Program-made: the position numbers and the translations under genes
Notes under the pieces: model-generated
What the model saw: the letters and a program-made list of their open reading frames with translations, nothing else
The model's database searches: none
Told to the model about the DNA's origin: nothing
Virus record (IMG/VR): IMGVR_UViG_3300025372_000001
Direction: 5' to 3' (one strand)
DNA: 64,000 nucleotides
From: a virus
Lineage: Duplodnaviria > Caudoviricetes
Shown here: positions 29,047 to 40,564 of the stretch, piece by piece
Layout: each line of letters begins with the position of its first letter
How positions within the stretch are numbered: the first letter of the stretch is position 1

Positions 29047-32000
29047 AAAAGTCAAAACCGAGAAAACCTTTTGATTCCAAGGGTATTGATATTTTAGCAA
29101 TCGGAACCTTTGTCCAAACCAAACAAGGGCAAAGAGGAATCATTACTGATTCGCCTGATCAATATGGACAATATGAAGTGTATTATCGTTATGGACGCGG
29201 TAGTCACACTCTTCGTATCAGAGAAGATATGCGTCCTATTACCAGAGAAGAATTTTTCACTTATCATAAAAACACGGTAATACTGGATTATTAATGTCAA
29301 TATCATAATATTATGAATAATTTAAAAGAAATTGAAGAAAAGAAAGAGGATTATTATACTCTAGGGGATTCTTGTTTTTATATTGTCCTTAGTTTTGCTA
29401 TAATCGGAATGGTTTTTATTATTTTAGATTTAGCTCTTTTAGGATATAGTTTTCTATTATTGGAACTATTAGTAGTTGGCATTCAAGCCTTTGCTTTTTA
29501 TCAGACTCAAGTTTGTCGAAACAAATATTGGGATTTGTATAATAAAATTGAAGATGAGAAGCGTTCATTGAAATATTGTGAAGGAAAATGAAAATTCTTA
29601 AATTAAAAGAAGAAGTTTACAATTCTGGATCATTTAAGCAGTATTGTACGGTTGAATGGGATGAATCATGTAAATCTATTTTAGAACCTTCTGAGGTAAA
29701 AGGAAGATATAAAAAAGCAATATGTGGGTGTTGTGAATGTAATTATGCTCAACAACCTTCTCAAAACGTTGCTATCCGAGATAACGGTTATTGTGATTTT
29801 TGTGCATTGTATCATTTGGGTAAAATACGATATATCGTTAAATTACGAGAAGCAACGGTTGAAGAAATTGAACAAGAATATAACAAACACCCAAACTCTT
29901 CTTCTAAAGAAGTTGGGATTTTGTTAAGAAAAATTAAAGAATTGACTAAATGAAAAAATACGTTAAATTTACAGGTAATTTCCGAGACTTAAAACCTAAT
30001 GGATGGAGGTTTTGGAAAGCATCTGCACGAAACCATCGTGTTTATACAAAAGAATGTGACGGCGAATATTCACAGAGTTGTTCTATTTGGCAGCATCTAG
30101 GTGGATATATGGAAATTGAAGATTATTATTCTAATTCTTATATTCTTGTAGAAAAAATTGCTAAAGGCGAAATTGATGAGTGGATTACCGATCAATCATG
30201 TATCTTTACTAAAAAACCGGAGAAAATTTGTTGGGTATATTATGATTTACAAGAAAAAACGTTTCATCCATATCACTCAGAAGAATATCGTAATATTAGG
30301 AATTCTAAATGGGATAAGTGGAAAGAATTAGAAGAGAAGAAAATATCAGATGAAGATTATGATAAATGGAATCGTGCTTTCCATGAACGCTATCGGGATC
30401 GTGATTTCGATTTAGAGCTATTTGATATGATCAAAGATTTGGTTGATAAAGGATGGATTGAAGTAGCAGAGGACAATCGTAAACGTAGATAATTAATATT
30501 ATGGATTATTTATTCTTATTCAGGAAAGAGATAATAAATTTATGAAAGTATCAGAAGTTTTAGAACTATTTAAAAGCGGGGAGATTTCTCTTGATCTTTG
30601 TGGACATGTATATCGCGATGATCTTAAAGATGAAATTATTAAAAAAACTGACCATCAAATAGCATATGCTAATGGTGCAAATGATAATAAATGGAATAGC
30701 ATTGAAAGAGGCGAAGACCCCGAAAAAGTCAATGCTGATATGCGAAAATTCTATCAATGTAGGCTTGATGATGAAGTAGTTGAAAATGAACATTGTTTTG
30801 GATTATCCGAAATTATCAAAATTCATTGTTTTTGTTGTGGAGAAGATGTTCATCCCACTTTATCGGGAAACATCTTGAAATTTAATTGTTGTTTTACAAG
30901 AAGCGATGATAAAAGTTCTAAATGGCGTTATTACTATGATGCTGATTATAACTGTCCCTTAGAATATGGATTACCTTTAAAAGGAGTAATTAATATTTCG
31001 GAAAAGATGGTTCTTGCCAATTTTATTCCGACAAAGAAAGCAGATTGTCCCGAAGATGAAAACCGATACGATAGCTATTCTTTGAATAATTATTTAGGAA
31101 GAAAGAATATTACTGAATGGAAAGCAAAAGCTCAAAATGTTGCATACGGACAAACAGGTAGTTGTGGAAGTACTACAGTTTGGCTTAATAAAGCCAAAGA
31201 TCATGTAATTATTTCAGAACATTGGTGGGACGAAGAAGATAAGCCTAAAGAATTAGAAGGGTTTAAAGATATTGGAAGTACTGAAGTAGCAGTTTGGAGG
31301 TTTGAAGCCACTGATACTGCTACAACAGATATGGTTGAATGTAAGAAGGTTTGGAAAGAAATGAATCAGGATTATGTGATTGCCAAAGTGAAACCGGGTA
31401 AATGGGAATTTACAACTTATTATGATCAAGAAGGGAAAATCCTTGCGGAATTAAAATTGATGAAAGATAATTAATAATATGGATTATTTTTTCTTGTACC
31501 TCATTTCTACATCTATCACATTTATTTTATGCCATTCAGAAATCTTAGACATTTTGAAAATTCGACCATTTTTATTCAAATGGGAATTTTTCCGAAAGTT
31601 ACTTAAATGTGCCTTTTGTACTTCGTTTTACGTAGGAATATTTCTTACATTATTGTTTATTCCATTTGGGAAAATGTGGATTTTATTTCCTTTAACGGTT
31701 TGTCCTATTGTTTTTCTTTGGGATAGAATTGTAATCTATCTTGATGAAAGAATTATTGAATTGGAAAATAAAAGGAACGGAAAATAATGGTTGACAATAA
31801 CTGGATAAGGGCTAATATACTGGCATGAAACTACCTGGAATTTGGACTGAATGGTCACATGATGAAGCACTTGCAGAAATTCAACAACCTCAATGGATGT
31901 TGATTGATGATAGCGGATTCAATTATTGGAATATCAATAATGGTGAATTACTCAAGATTGGTTACAATCAATTTGGGAAATATGTTCATGGTAAAGCATA

Positions 32001-32347
32001 TAAATTTAGTCCAGATAATTCCTTAAACGGATATATTTAATATGAAACAAGCAAAATATACATTACCGAACGGTTTTGAAATTTACCATATTCGCGGTAA
32101 ATTATATAGTTTAGAATATACAGAAGGATGGTGGGAACCATCTATAGCAGAATTATCTAGTAAATTAGAGGAATTATATAGAACCTTTATACAAACTAAC
32201 TTATGTGAATTATTTCATCGAAAAGATGTTAAAATTGAAGCCTATGCTATTGTAAGAGGGGGCGGAGTAGCACTTAGTATGCAGTTGATGGCAGTATTTC
32301 CTAGAAATACTTTAGAGAAATTTATTGAAATTTACGACAGAGATTAA
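29043..32347 (+). CDS. run of hypothetical proteins (29043, 29313, 29588, 29950, 30542, 31479, 31825, 32042 starts)
   Basis: ORF track; 29313 and 31479 have TM segments, the latter with CxFC. Confidence 0.6.
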
Positions 32348-32374
32348 ATTAATTATGAGAACTTTTAAATTGAT

Positions 32375-32857
32375 ATGAAAACTTTATTAACTATTCTTTC
32401 ACTTTTAACTGTATCTTGCACTTGCTTTAAACAAGTAAAAACTGTTCCTGTTAAAACTTTTCAAATTCGTACAACGGCTTATTGCGGAGCGGGAGAGAAG
32501 GATCATATCAAATACGGGAATAAAACTGCAATCGGAACACCTTTAAAGAAAGATAAATCTATTGCGGCTGACATTAGTATTTTTCCAATTGGAACAAAGA
32601 TGAAAATTGGAGAAATTGTTTATGAAGTTGATGATTATGGTTCGGCGCTTATTCATGAGAAGGAAAAACCTATTCCGACTATTGACATTTATAAAACCTC
32701 TCGGAAACAAATGAACAAGTGGGGAGTTAAGTATTTTTCTGATGTAGAAATTATTGAATGGGGATCATTTGAAGAAAGTGCCAAACTTCTAAAAGATCGC
32801 TTGCATTATTCCCATTGCAGACTAATGTATATGAGAATCATCCAACAAAAACTATAA
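32375..32857 (+). CDS. 3D (Asp-Asp-Asp) domain protein, lytic transglycosylase-like, probably exported or lipoprotein
   Basis: Signal-like N-terminus; TTAY, IAADISIFPIGT, VDDYGSA, IDIY. Confidence 0.85.
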   Translation: MKTLLTILSLLTVSCTCFKQVKTVPVKTFQIRTTAYCGAGEKDHIKYGNKTAIGTPLKKDKSIAADISIFPIGTKMKIGEIVYEVDDYGSALIHEKEKPIPTIDIYKTSRKQMNKWGVKYFSDVEIIEWGSFEESAKLLKDRLHYSHCRLMYMRIIQQKL

Positions 32858-32860
32858 ATT

Positions 32861-35793
32861 ATGACTTTAAAACAGTTTAATAAAAAATATTTCCCAAATA
32901 TTGATAAACGGGGGAAAGCATTCAATGTTAATTTTAAACCTTTCTTTTCAAAAAATAAAGAAGAGATTTTTAAAGATGCAGAATATATGGCTAGATTGAA
33001 GGGGCGCTATGCGCTTATCTGTGTCAACGATAATGGCTATACCTTTCTTCCTTGCGACTGTAATGGTTATGTATATGATATTTCTTTGTTGGAAGGAATT
33101 AAGTTGAATAAGGTTTTACGTATGAATGCCAATCTTATTGGTTAATATTAGAAAATTATGCAAAAAGAACCAGAAATCGAAGTCTCCAAAGATTATAAAA
33201 TCAAAATGGAAAAAGAAGGAATGCTCGATGCATATCAAGGCGCAAAACCTGAATTTCCTGATTGCCCTTATTATATGATGGGTTACAATTCTGTAAAATA
33301 ATATGAGTAAAATTCTATTCAAAACTGCTCAAGAACATTGGGATTGGGCATATGATAATTATCTTCGTTTCAAAACGGAAGACGATAATAATTTATGGGG
33401 AGAACATGAAAAAGCTCTTGAACCTTTTTTTAAATGGGATAATAAACGTTCTAAGCAAGGGATTGATAACTACCCTAAAATGACTAAAGAGGAAAAAGAA
33501 TCTTTTAATCTTTATAAGAAAATTGCTATACTTCCGCAATATTCTCCTGCAAATGAAACCGTTGCTTCTAGGTTTGATACACCGGAATTAGTTGATACGT
33601 TAGGATTCATTTATGATGAATCCGAAGAAATCGATGATTATTATGTTCCTGTTAAGAAAGATAAGCCATTTAAAACCAGAGAAGATATTAGCTACCCTTG
33701 TATCTTATTAACATGGATGGAAATATCGTATGATAGATGTAGTGGCGACAATGTAATTGCCATTAATAGATTTGTAAGTTTAGCCGAATTTAACTAATAT
33801 GAATTGGCCTCAATTTTTCCTAGATGGTTATAGCTTAACCATGAAAGAACTAGTCGAAAGATACTTAAGTCTTTCCGATTCTAATAAAATTGAATATAAG
33901 AAATATTTAGGATTTTTATTAACTTTAAAATAACATAATGCATACTTGTGGTGTTAAAAAATGTAAATCCTTTTTTGGAGATAGTAAACGTTTCAGTGTT
34001 TTCACTTATAAAGTTCCTGAAAAAGATAAACGAGAGATGTGTAAGTACTGTTTCAATGAGAGTCCTGATAGAATTATAGACCCTATTGATCTAGCTAAGT
34101 ATCAAGAATATTATAAAGGGGATAATTTTAAAGCATTTCGATGTAACCTATGTTCATCAACTTTTCATTTCAGAGAACCAAAAAAAGAAATGGTTCACAT
34201 GAATATATTGTTCTTATTGACGGTGATGATGGTTGTCAACGCGATAACGATTCTACCCAAACAACTATTAATACCATTCTAGGAAAGGCTAAACAGATAG
34301 CAAATGAATTGCTTGCTTCTCATAATAAAACACTTGCAGAAGAACAGGAACGTGATAGAATAGCCAAAGAAGAGCAAGAGCATCAACGTAAACTAGCTCA
34401 ATATCATCAATTACAAAAAGAATTAGGATTGAATTAATATGAAAGCAAAAGATTTAAAAGCATTAATTGCAACTATTCCCGATGAAGATGAAGTAGGATG
34501 GGCAGAATATACCGATTATGCGAAATGTTTTGGATTAGATACGAATTTTTACACTCCTACTCAATATCAAAATTCTTTTAATAAAGAACAGAAAGTTTGG
34601 GTATTTAATGCCGATATGCGAACGGACGTGTTGGCAGGTTATGAAAAAGTTTCAGAAGTAGATGAAGAACTTGAAAAGATTCTAACCTCTTTCCCTCCTA
34701 ATCCTCTTTGGAAAATTGAAAAAATCGATGAAAAAACTTTAGCCGTCCTTTTCAACAATAGATTCTTTAATCTTTGTTTCTATGTTGAAAAAACAGAAAC
34801 TTCTCCTAAACAGTATTTCTACACTATTCCAAATGGAAATCCTCATAATTTTACCAATTGGGTTGAATTCTTCCAAACAGTTGATCCAATTATCAAAAAA
34901 CGAATTGATAGTTTATGCGTCGAAGTGATTTCTCTTAAGAAGCAAGTAACACCAGAATAATTTCTTTCCTACGATTTTAAATATGAAACATTCTTCCTTA
35001 TCCTGGCGTGATGGTGAACTTCTCCTTAAAGATGGACAGGCAATGTCCTTTCGAGAATACACACTTCCCCAAATCACAAAGATTGTTAGCCCTTCCCTAA
35101 CTCTTACCCAAAATATTAATAAACTTTACAAGTATATTCGTATTCCTTGGACTAATGGGAAAATCTCTAGTCTTGCCATCTCCTACTATCATCCCATTTA
35201 CATCATTGCCGATCAAGGTAACTTTGTTCTAAAAATGGAAAAAGGCATTGTAGAAAAGGTGAAGCATCCCGGCGCTCTTGAATTCCGTCATTTTAATTAT
35301 CTAGAAAGAATTTCTAAACCTGTTGACGAAAGTTATATTTCCGTCTATACTTCTCCTTATAATCCTGAATCTGTTCAAGGACGTATCAATTTCATGAAAC
35401 GTAAAAATAACGAGAAATATCTACAATCTTTAAGCTCATAATTAATTTATGGAAATTGTAATCAATAGTTGTCCCGGCGAATTTTCTTTGTCAGAAGAAG
35501 CAGTTCAACATTATGCACAGGAAAGCGGATTAGTTCTTTATATTCGTCGAGAACCTTGTGAAAACTTATATTATACCAAGAAAAAAGAATTAAGAAAAGA
35601 TGAAGAAGATGGTCTTTGGATTCCCAAGAAACATATTCCCCGGTCTGAAAAGACTTTAGTTAATATTGTTAAAACTATGGGGAAAAAGGCAAATACCATT
35701 TACTCAAGTTTGAAGGTAGTTCCTGTTGACAATACCCGAAACTGGCTTATAGTGGAGAATGATGGCAAAGAAACAATTCAATATTTAAATTAA
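32861..35793 (+). CDS. run of hypothetical proteins (32861, 33303, 33938, 34150, 34439, 34983, 35449 starts)
   Basis: ORF track; 33938/34150 overlap unusually (see findings). Confidence 0.55.
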
Positions 35794-35799
35794 TAAAAT

Positions 35800-37233
35800 A
35801 TGACTGCGGGACAATTATTCACATATAATAAGTATTTTGGAGAAAATCAGGCTGATCTTACGATTGATAAGATTAAAGATATTTTTGTGCAAATTAGCGA
35901 AGAAAGATACGAGGGTTATCTAAGTTATTCGACTGTTCAAGAAATCATTTCTTATTTTAATTCTACTAAAGGAAGAGAATTAGGGGTTGTTGCCGGGCAT
36001 ATTGCCGATGCACAGGTGTATAGTAGGTACAGTTTGGTTGAAAAAGATAGACATTTTTATGATATTGCAGCAGATGTTTATTATCTAAGTACCAACGGTT
36101 TCGTGGAAGTTTGGCGAAAAGATGGTTCATATTTTGAAGCACATGGAAACAATATTAAATCCTCATTAGGTTTTTATTGTGTACATAATCGGAAATGGTA
36201 TTATGCTCCTGAATTCACCCGAATTTTCGATGCTATATCCGATGAATGTTATTGTTTGGAAGAATGTGAAGATATTTTATATCATTGGTCAAATGACAAA
36301 TATTCCATAACCCAAGAAAGCCTAAGCCATAAAGATATTTCTTCCTTTAGAAAAATTAAGGTATATCATTCTTCTAGTCGTCCTAAATGGTGGAAAGAAA
36401 AACAAGGTATTGGTATGGAATTGGAAATGTATTCAACCCATAGAGAAGGATTTATTAAAACTATTCCTGAAGATATTCTGGCAGAAACAGATGGTTCTCT
36501 TTGTTATAACTATGGAGTAGAACTTATTGGTGGTCCTTATACTCTTGAAGAATATCAATCAGGTAAAACTCCTTGGCAGACCGTTCTTTCTAACGAAAAT
36601 AAAAAGAAATTTGATTTACAAGGATTTGATAATGAGGATACTTCCTCTAATCAATACGGAATCCATTTAAGTATTTCCCGTGAATTATTTACATCTTTAC
36701 ATGCTGCCAAATTTATTATTTGGTTTAACCAACAATCTAATTTGGTTAAGCTTGTTGCACAAAGAACAAAAATTTATGAAGGAAAATATGGCACTTACCC
36801 TGATATTAAATCAATTGTAACTGATACTGTTGATATTGATTCTTATGATGTCAAAGAACGAGCCTTTCTAAAAAGAAAAAAGAACATTAAAACGAAGAAA
36901 TACGAACCTGTTTCAATTGATGCAAAACGTCTAGAAGTACGTGTTTTTGCCAGTAATATTAAATGGACACGCATTCTTAAGAACATTGAATTTGTTCAAG
37001 CCGCATTTGACTTCACTCGAAATTGTAGTATAAGTGTAATCGCACCACCAGAAGGAACTACACAGTTTCTTACTTGGCTTAATCAACAAGCTAATTTCTA
37101 TCATCTTAAAGCCTTTCTATCTGAAATGAAAAGTTATAAACTAATCGAAACTTTCGGAGACGAATCAATTGAAACAGAAAAGTTGTTGGAAAATCATCTA
37201 TTCACGCTTAAATCATCCTCAAAAAAGCAATAA
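35800..37233 (+). CDS. putative amidoligase 2
   Basis: GIGMELE, TDGSL...GVELIGGP, GIHLS, KYEPV, LEVRVFAS. Confidence 0.87.
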   Translation: MTAGQLFTYNKYFGENQADLTIDKIKDIFVQISEERYEGYLSYSTVQEIISYFNSTKGRELGVVAGHIADAQVYSRYSLVEKDRHFYDIAADVYYLSTNGFVEVWRKDGSYFEAHGNNIKSSLGFYCVHNRKWYYAPEFTRIFDAISDECYCLEECEDILYHWSNDKYSITQESLSHKDISSFRKIKVYHSSSRPKWWKEKQGIGMELEMYSTHREGFIKTIPEDILAETDGSLCYNYGVELIGGPYTLEEYQSGKTPWQTVLSNENKKKFDLQGFDNEDTSSNQYGIHLSISRELFTSLHAAKFIIWFNQQSNLVKLVAQRTKIYEGKYGTYPDIKSIVTDTVDIDSYDVKERAFLKRKKNIKTKKYEPVSIDAKRLEVRVFASNIKWTRILKNIEFVQAAFDFTRNCSISVIAPPEGTTQFLTWLNQQANFYHLKAFLSEMKSYKLIETFGDESIETEKLLENHLFTLKSSSKKQ

Positions 37234-37239
37234 ACTAAA

Positions 37240-38091
37240 ATGTGTCTATTAATTTTTAAACCAGCAGGAAAGTTAGTTCCTAATATTTTCCTTGAGAATG
37301 CAGCAGATCGTAATCCCCATGGATGTGGAATTGCATTTGCTCAAAATAATAAAATTGTAGTAGAGAAATCGGCCAAATGGGGAGCAACAGAAATCGCCAA
37401 AGTATTAGAAGATAATCATGAATATCCTGCAATTATTCATTTCCGCTATGCTACTCATGGTTCACAAACTAAAGATAACACTCATCCTTTTATTCTAAAT
37501 GAAAGTTGGGTTGCTGCTCATAATGGCATTATTCCTTCTGTCCAAACTAAAGGTGATGAAAGTGATACCAGAGCATTCCTTCGACAACGTGTTATTCCTT
37601 TGCTCAAAAATAATGTAAGATTAGATGATAATGCTATTCTTGCACAGTTGGGGAAAGCCATGGGACAAACTAATAAAATGGCATTCCTTGCTGCCGATGG
37701 AAGTTTTGGAATTGCTAACGAGAAAAGTGGTCATTGGAAAGATGGCGTTTGGTATAGTAATCATTCTTACGAAGAATATGTTTATCAAGTTCCTCGTTCC
37801 CCTGGATTTGGTTATAGCAACAAATATAAACACCAGACAGGATTTTATTCAGGTCGGGATGATTATTTTTCTGGTTCAAGTCGGTCTAGTATGTATGAAG
37901 ATCAATATTATCCAGAAGAAGAATTAGAAAACATTTACACGAAGAAAAAACCTGATGATGATGAAGTGTGGCATCATATTGATTTGCATGCATTATCTTG
38001 TGATAGTTGTGGGCAGAATATCAAGGATGAATTTCGTCTAGAAGGACATTCAGGATTAATGTATTGCTTTGATTGTTATAATAAGATTTAA
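37240..38091 (+). CDS. class II glutamine amidotransferase (Ntn) 1 with C-terminal Zn-finger-like motif
   Basis: MCLLI (Cys2), NPHGCG, HFRYATHG, HPF, HNG, ESDT; C-terminal CxxC..CxxC. Confidence 0.92.
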   Translation: MCLLIFKPAGKLVPNIFLENAADRNPHGCGIAFAQNNKIVVEKSAKWGATEIAKVLEDNHEYPAIIHFRYATHGSQTKDNTHPFILNESWVAAHNGIIPSVQTKGDESDTRAFLRQRVIPLLKNNVRLDDNAILAQLGKAMGQTNKMAFLAADGSFGIANEKSGHWKDGVWYSNHSYEEYVYQVPRSPGFGYSNKYKHQTGFYSGRDDYFSGSSRSSMYEDQYYPEEELENIYTKKKPDDDEVWHHIDLHALSCDSCGQNIKDEFRLEGHSGLMYCFDCYNKI

Positions 38092-38104
38092 TTAATTTTC
38101 AATA

Positions 38105-39550
38105 ATGAATACTCTTGAGATATTACAAAATAGATTGCTTGCTCAAAAGCAAAGGGTTAAAGTTAAAAAGACTTTAACAGTTAAACGAGCAGAAGAGATT
38201 GCTAATAATAGGTTAGGCGGTTCATGGGCAGTTGCAAGAGATACCCGCCGACTTGGACAAACTTGTACTCTAATCAAAGATATTTATGGGAAATATTATG
38301 AAACCTATTCCTTGCTTAAACTGGTAAGAAGGTCAGTTAGAGGAAATGCTGATGCATATTTCCCTCTTAAACAATTTCAATTAGGAAAATGTCCTGAAAT
38401 TTACCGTTGTGAATTGACACAAGAATATATTCATTCTGCTTATATTTCTCCTAAAGATGTATTTGATAATCGCAATATTTGTATCACTGTTGCATATGAT
38501 TATTGTTTTTATAAGAATTATATTTTTGTATGGCCTGATGGTACTACCAGAACGTATGCTCCGCCACAAGCCCGACAAGTTCAACGTTATCATGGTTCTT
38601 ATCGTCCTATTTGGTGGAACAAAAAGAAAGGTATGGGAATGGAACTAGAAATTGATATTAATGATAAATCACGGTTTGCTCAGAATTTATCTGATGATAT
38701 TCTTATTGAAAATGATGGATCATTAGGAGTAAAAGGGGTAGAACTTATTGGTGGTCCTTATACTCTTGACGAGTACCAAGATAGTAAAACTCCTTGGAAT
38801 GAAGTATTAGAACAGATTAAAGAGATTGGAGGAGCAGGACATATTGCTGGAGAATTTTACGGAATTCATATTTCCGTTTCCCGTTCCTTATTCACATCTT
38901 TTCATGGAGCAAAATTTGTTTGTTTCTTTAATCAACAAGCAGAATTGTGCCAACTAATCGGACAACGTAAGCAGTTGTATGGTTGTGGCGATAAAAGCGG
39001 TTATCATAATCGAACAAAAATTAAAGAAGTAGTTTATTATAATCCACAAGATGCCAGCAAACATATTCATTATCGCGATAATGAAGGACGTATTATACAG
39101 AGTGATCCTGTTCTTTGTTATGGTGGAACATATATTAATTCCGAAACCAAACAAGAAAGACACGTTCAAGGTATTTATACTAATATTGAAACAGGAAAAT
39201 ATGAACCTGTTAAAGTAGATGAAAATCGTTATGAAGTGCGTATTTTCCGTTCTAATCTTCGATGGGAACGTATTCTAAAAAATATTCAATTTGTTGATGC
39301 CGTTCGGGTTTACACTCTTCATGCTTCTGCATCTTCAGTATGTGCTCCTTATCAAGGAACCGCAGATTTCTTATTCTGGTTAGGTAAACAACAAGGTTAT
39401 ACGGCATTAAAGAAGTTCCTGGTTGACAATGCCAAGAATTTCCCCGATAATAATGCTAACTTCCGTGTCAGTGACAAATGCAAAGACTTTGCTCAATTAG
39501 TATCTTTTAAACTCAATAAATCCCAACAAGTAACCATTTCCGATCTATAA
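38105..39550 (+). CDS. putative amidoligase 3
   Basis: GMGMELE, NDGSL...GVELIGGP, GIHIS, KYEPV, YEVRIFRS. Confidence 0.87.
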   Translation: MNTLEILQNRLLAQKQRVKVKKTLTVKRAEEIANNRLGGSWAVARDTRRLGQTCTLIKDIYGKYYETYSLLKLVRRSVRGNADAYFPLKQFQLGKCPEIYRCELTQEYIHSAYISPKDVFDNRNICITVAYDYCFYKNYIFVWPDGTTRTYAPPQARQVQRYHGSYRPIWWNKKKGMGMELEIDINDKSRFAQNLSDDILIENDGSLGVKGVELIGGPYTLDEYQDSKTPWNEVLEQIKEIGGAGHIAGEFYGIHISVSRSLFTSFHGAKFVCFFNQQAELCQLIGQRKQLYGCGDKSGYHNRTKIKEVVYYNPQDASKHIHYRDNEGRIIQSDPVLCYGGTYINSETKQERHVQGIYTNIETGKYEPVKVDENRYEVRIFRSNLRWERILKNIQFVDAVRVYTLHASASSVCAPYQGTADFLFWLGKQQGYTALKKFLVDNAKNFPDNNANFRVSDKCKDFAQLVSFKLNKSQQVTISDL

Positions 39551-39555
39551 TTTTT

Positions 39556-40524
39556 ATGTGCCTTCTTATTTTTAAACCAGCAGGATTAAGTGTTCCTGAA
39601 AATCATTTAATTGCAGCAGCAAACGGTAATCCGCATGGAAGTGGAATTGCAATTGCTACGGGAAATGAAATTATTATTCATAAAGACCCTGCATGGCGAG
39701 CCAAGGAAATCACTGAAATTCTTAAACAGAATGAACAATATCCGGCAATTATTCATTTTCGTTTTGCTACTCATGGAAGTAAAACCGTTGCCAATACTCA
39801 TCCTTTTATTCTTAATAATGATTGGGTAGCTGCTCATAATGGGGTAATTAGTATTTCTACTGAACCAGATGAAAGTGATACAAGGGCATTTCTTCGTAAG
39901 AATGTTATCCCCATTATTGAAAATGGTTATACATTAACAGATAAAGAAATTCTGGCTATTCTTTCCGAAGAAATGGGAAAATCTAATAAGATGACTTTCC
40001 TTCATAAGAATGGTGAATATGGGATTGCTAATGAAGCCAGCGGACATTGGAAAGACGGTGTATGGTATAGTAATCATGGTTACATGCATACTTGCCATTA
40101 TGGTGATTGGGAAGATGATGATATGGATTGGTCATATCATGGAGCATATCAGAATCATAACACTCAATACTTTGATTATCGGACTAAAGCGCCCAAAGCG
40201 CCTGTTCCTCCTCGTTTTAGCGCATTTGGAAAGGTGATTGAAGATGACGATAGCGGAAGTCGTTATGATGCGGAATATGACAACAGGAATGCATTAATGG
40301 TGCTTCCTGATAAAGTTAACCAATATAATGAAAAATGGCATATCATGGATACATTGAATACGGTTTGTGATTCTTGCCATCAGGAGATTTGGGGAAAATA
40401 TGCATATGAATCTACGGAAGAATTATATGTTTGTGAAGAATGTTGTAAATTTCTTCCCGCATCATTAGGTATTCCTCGAAGCATGCGAATGGTTGATACC
40501 GTAGAAGTAGAAGTAGAACAATAA
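39556..40524 (+). CDS. class II glutamine amidotransferase (Ntn) 2
   Basis: MCLLI, NPHGSG, HFRFATHG, HPF, HNG, ESDT; C-terminal CxxC..CxxC. Confidence 0.92.
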   Translation: MCLLIFKPAGLSVPENHLIAAANGNPHGSGIAIATGNEIIIHKDPAWRAKEITEILKQNEQYPAIIHFRFATHGSKTVANTHPFILNNDWVAAHNGVISISTEPDESDTRAFLRKNVIPIIENGYTLTDKEILAILSEEMGKSNKMTFLHKNGEYGIANEASGHWKDGVWYSNHGYMHTCHYGDWEDDDMDWSYHGAYQNHNTQYFDYRTKAPKAPVPPRFSAFGKVIEDDDSGSRYDAEYDNRNALMVLPDKVNQYNEKWHIMDTLNTVCDSCHQEIWGKYAYESTEELYVCEECCKFLPASLGIPRSMRMVDTVEVEVEQ

Positions 40525-40564
40525 AGAATTGACAAAGTAACCAACGTAAAGTATCATAAAACAT

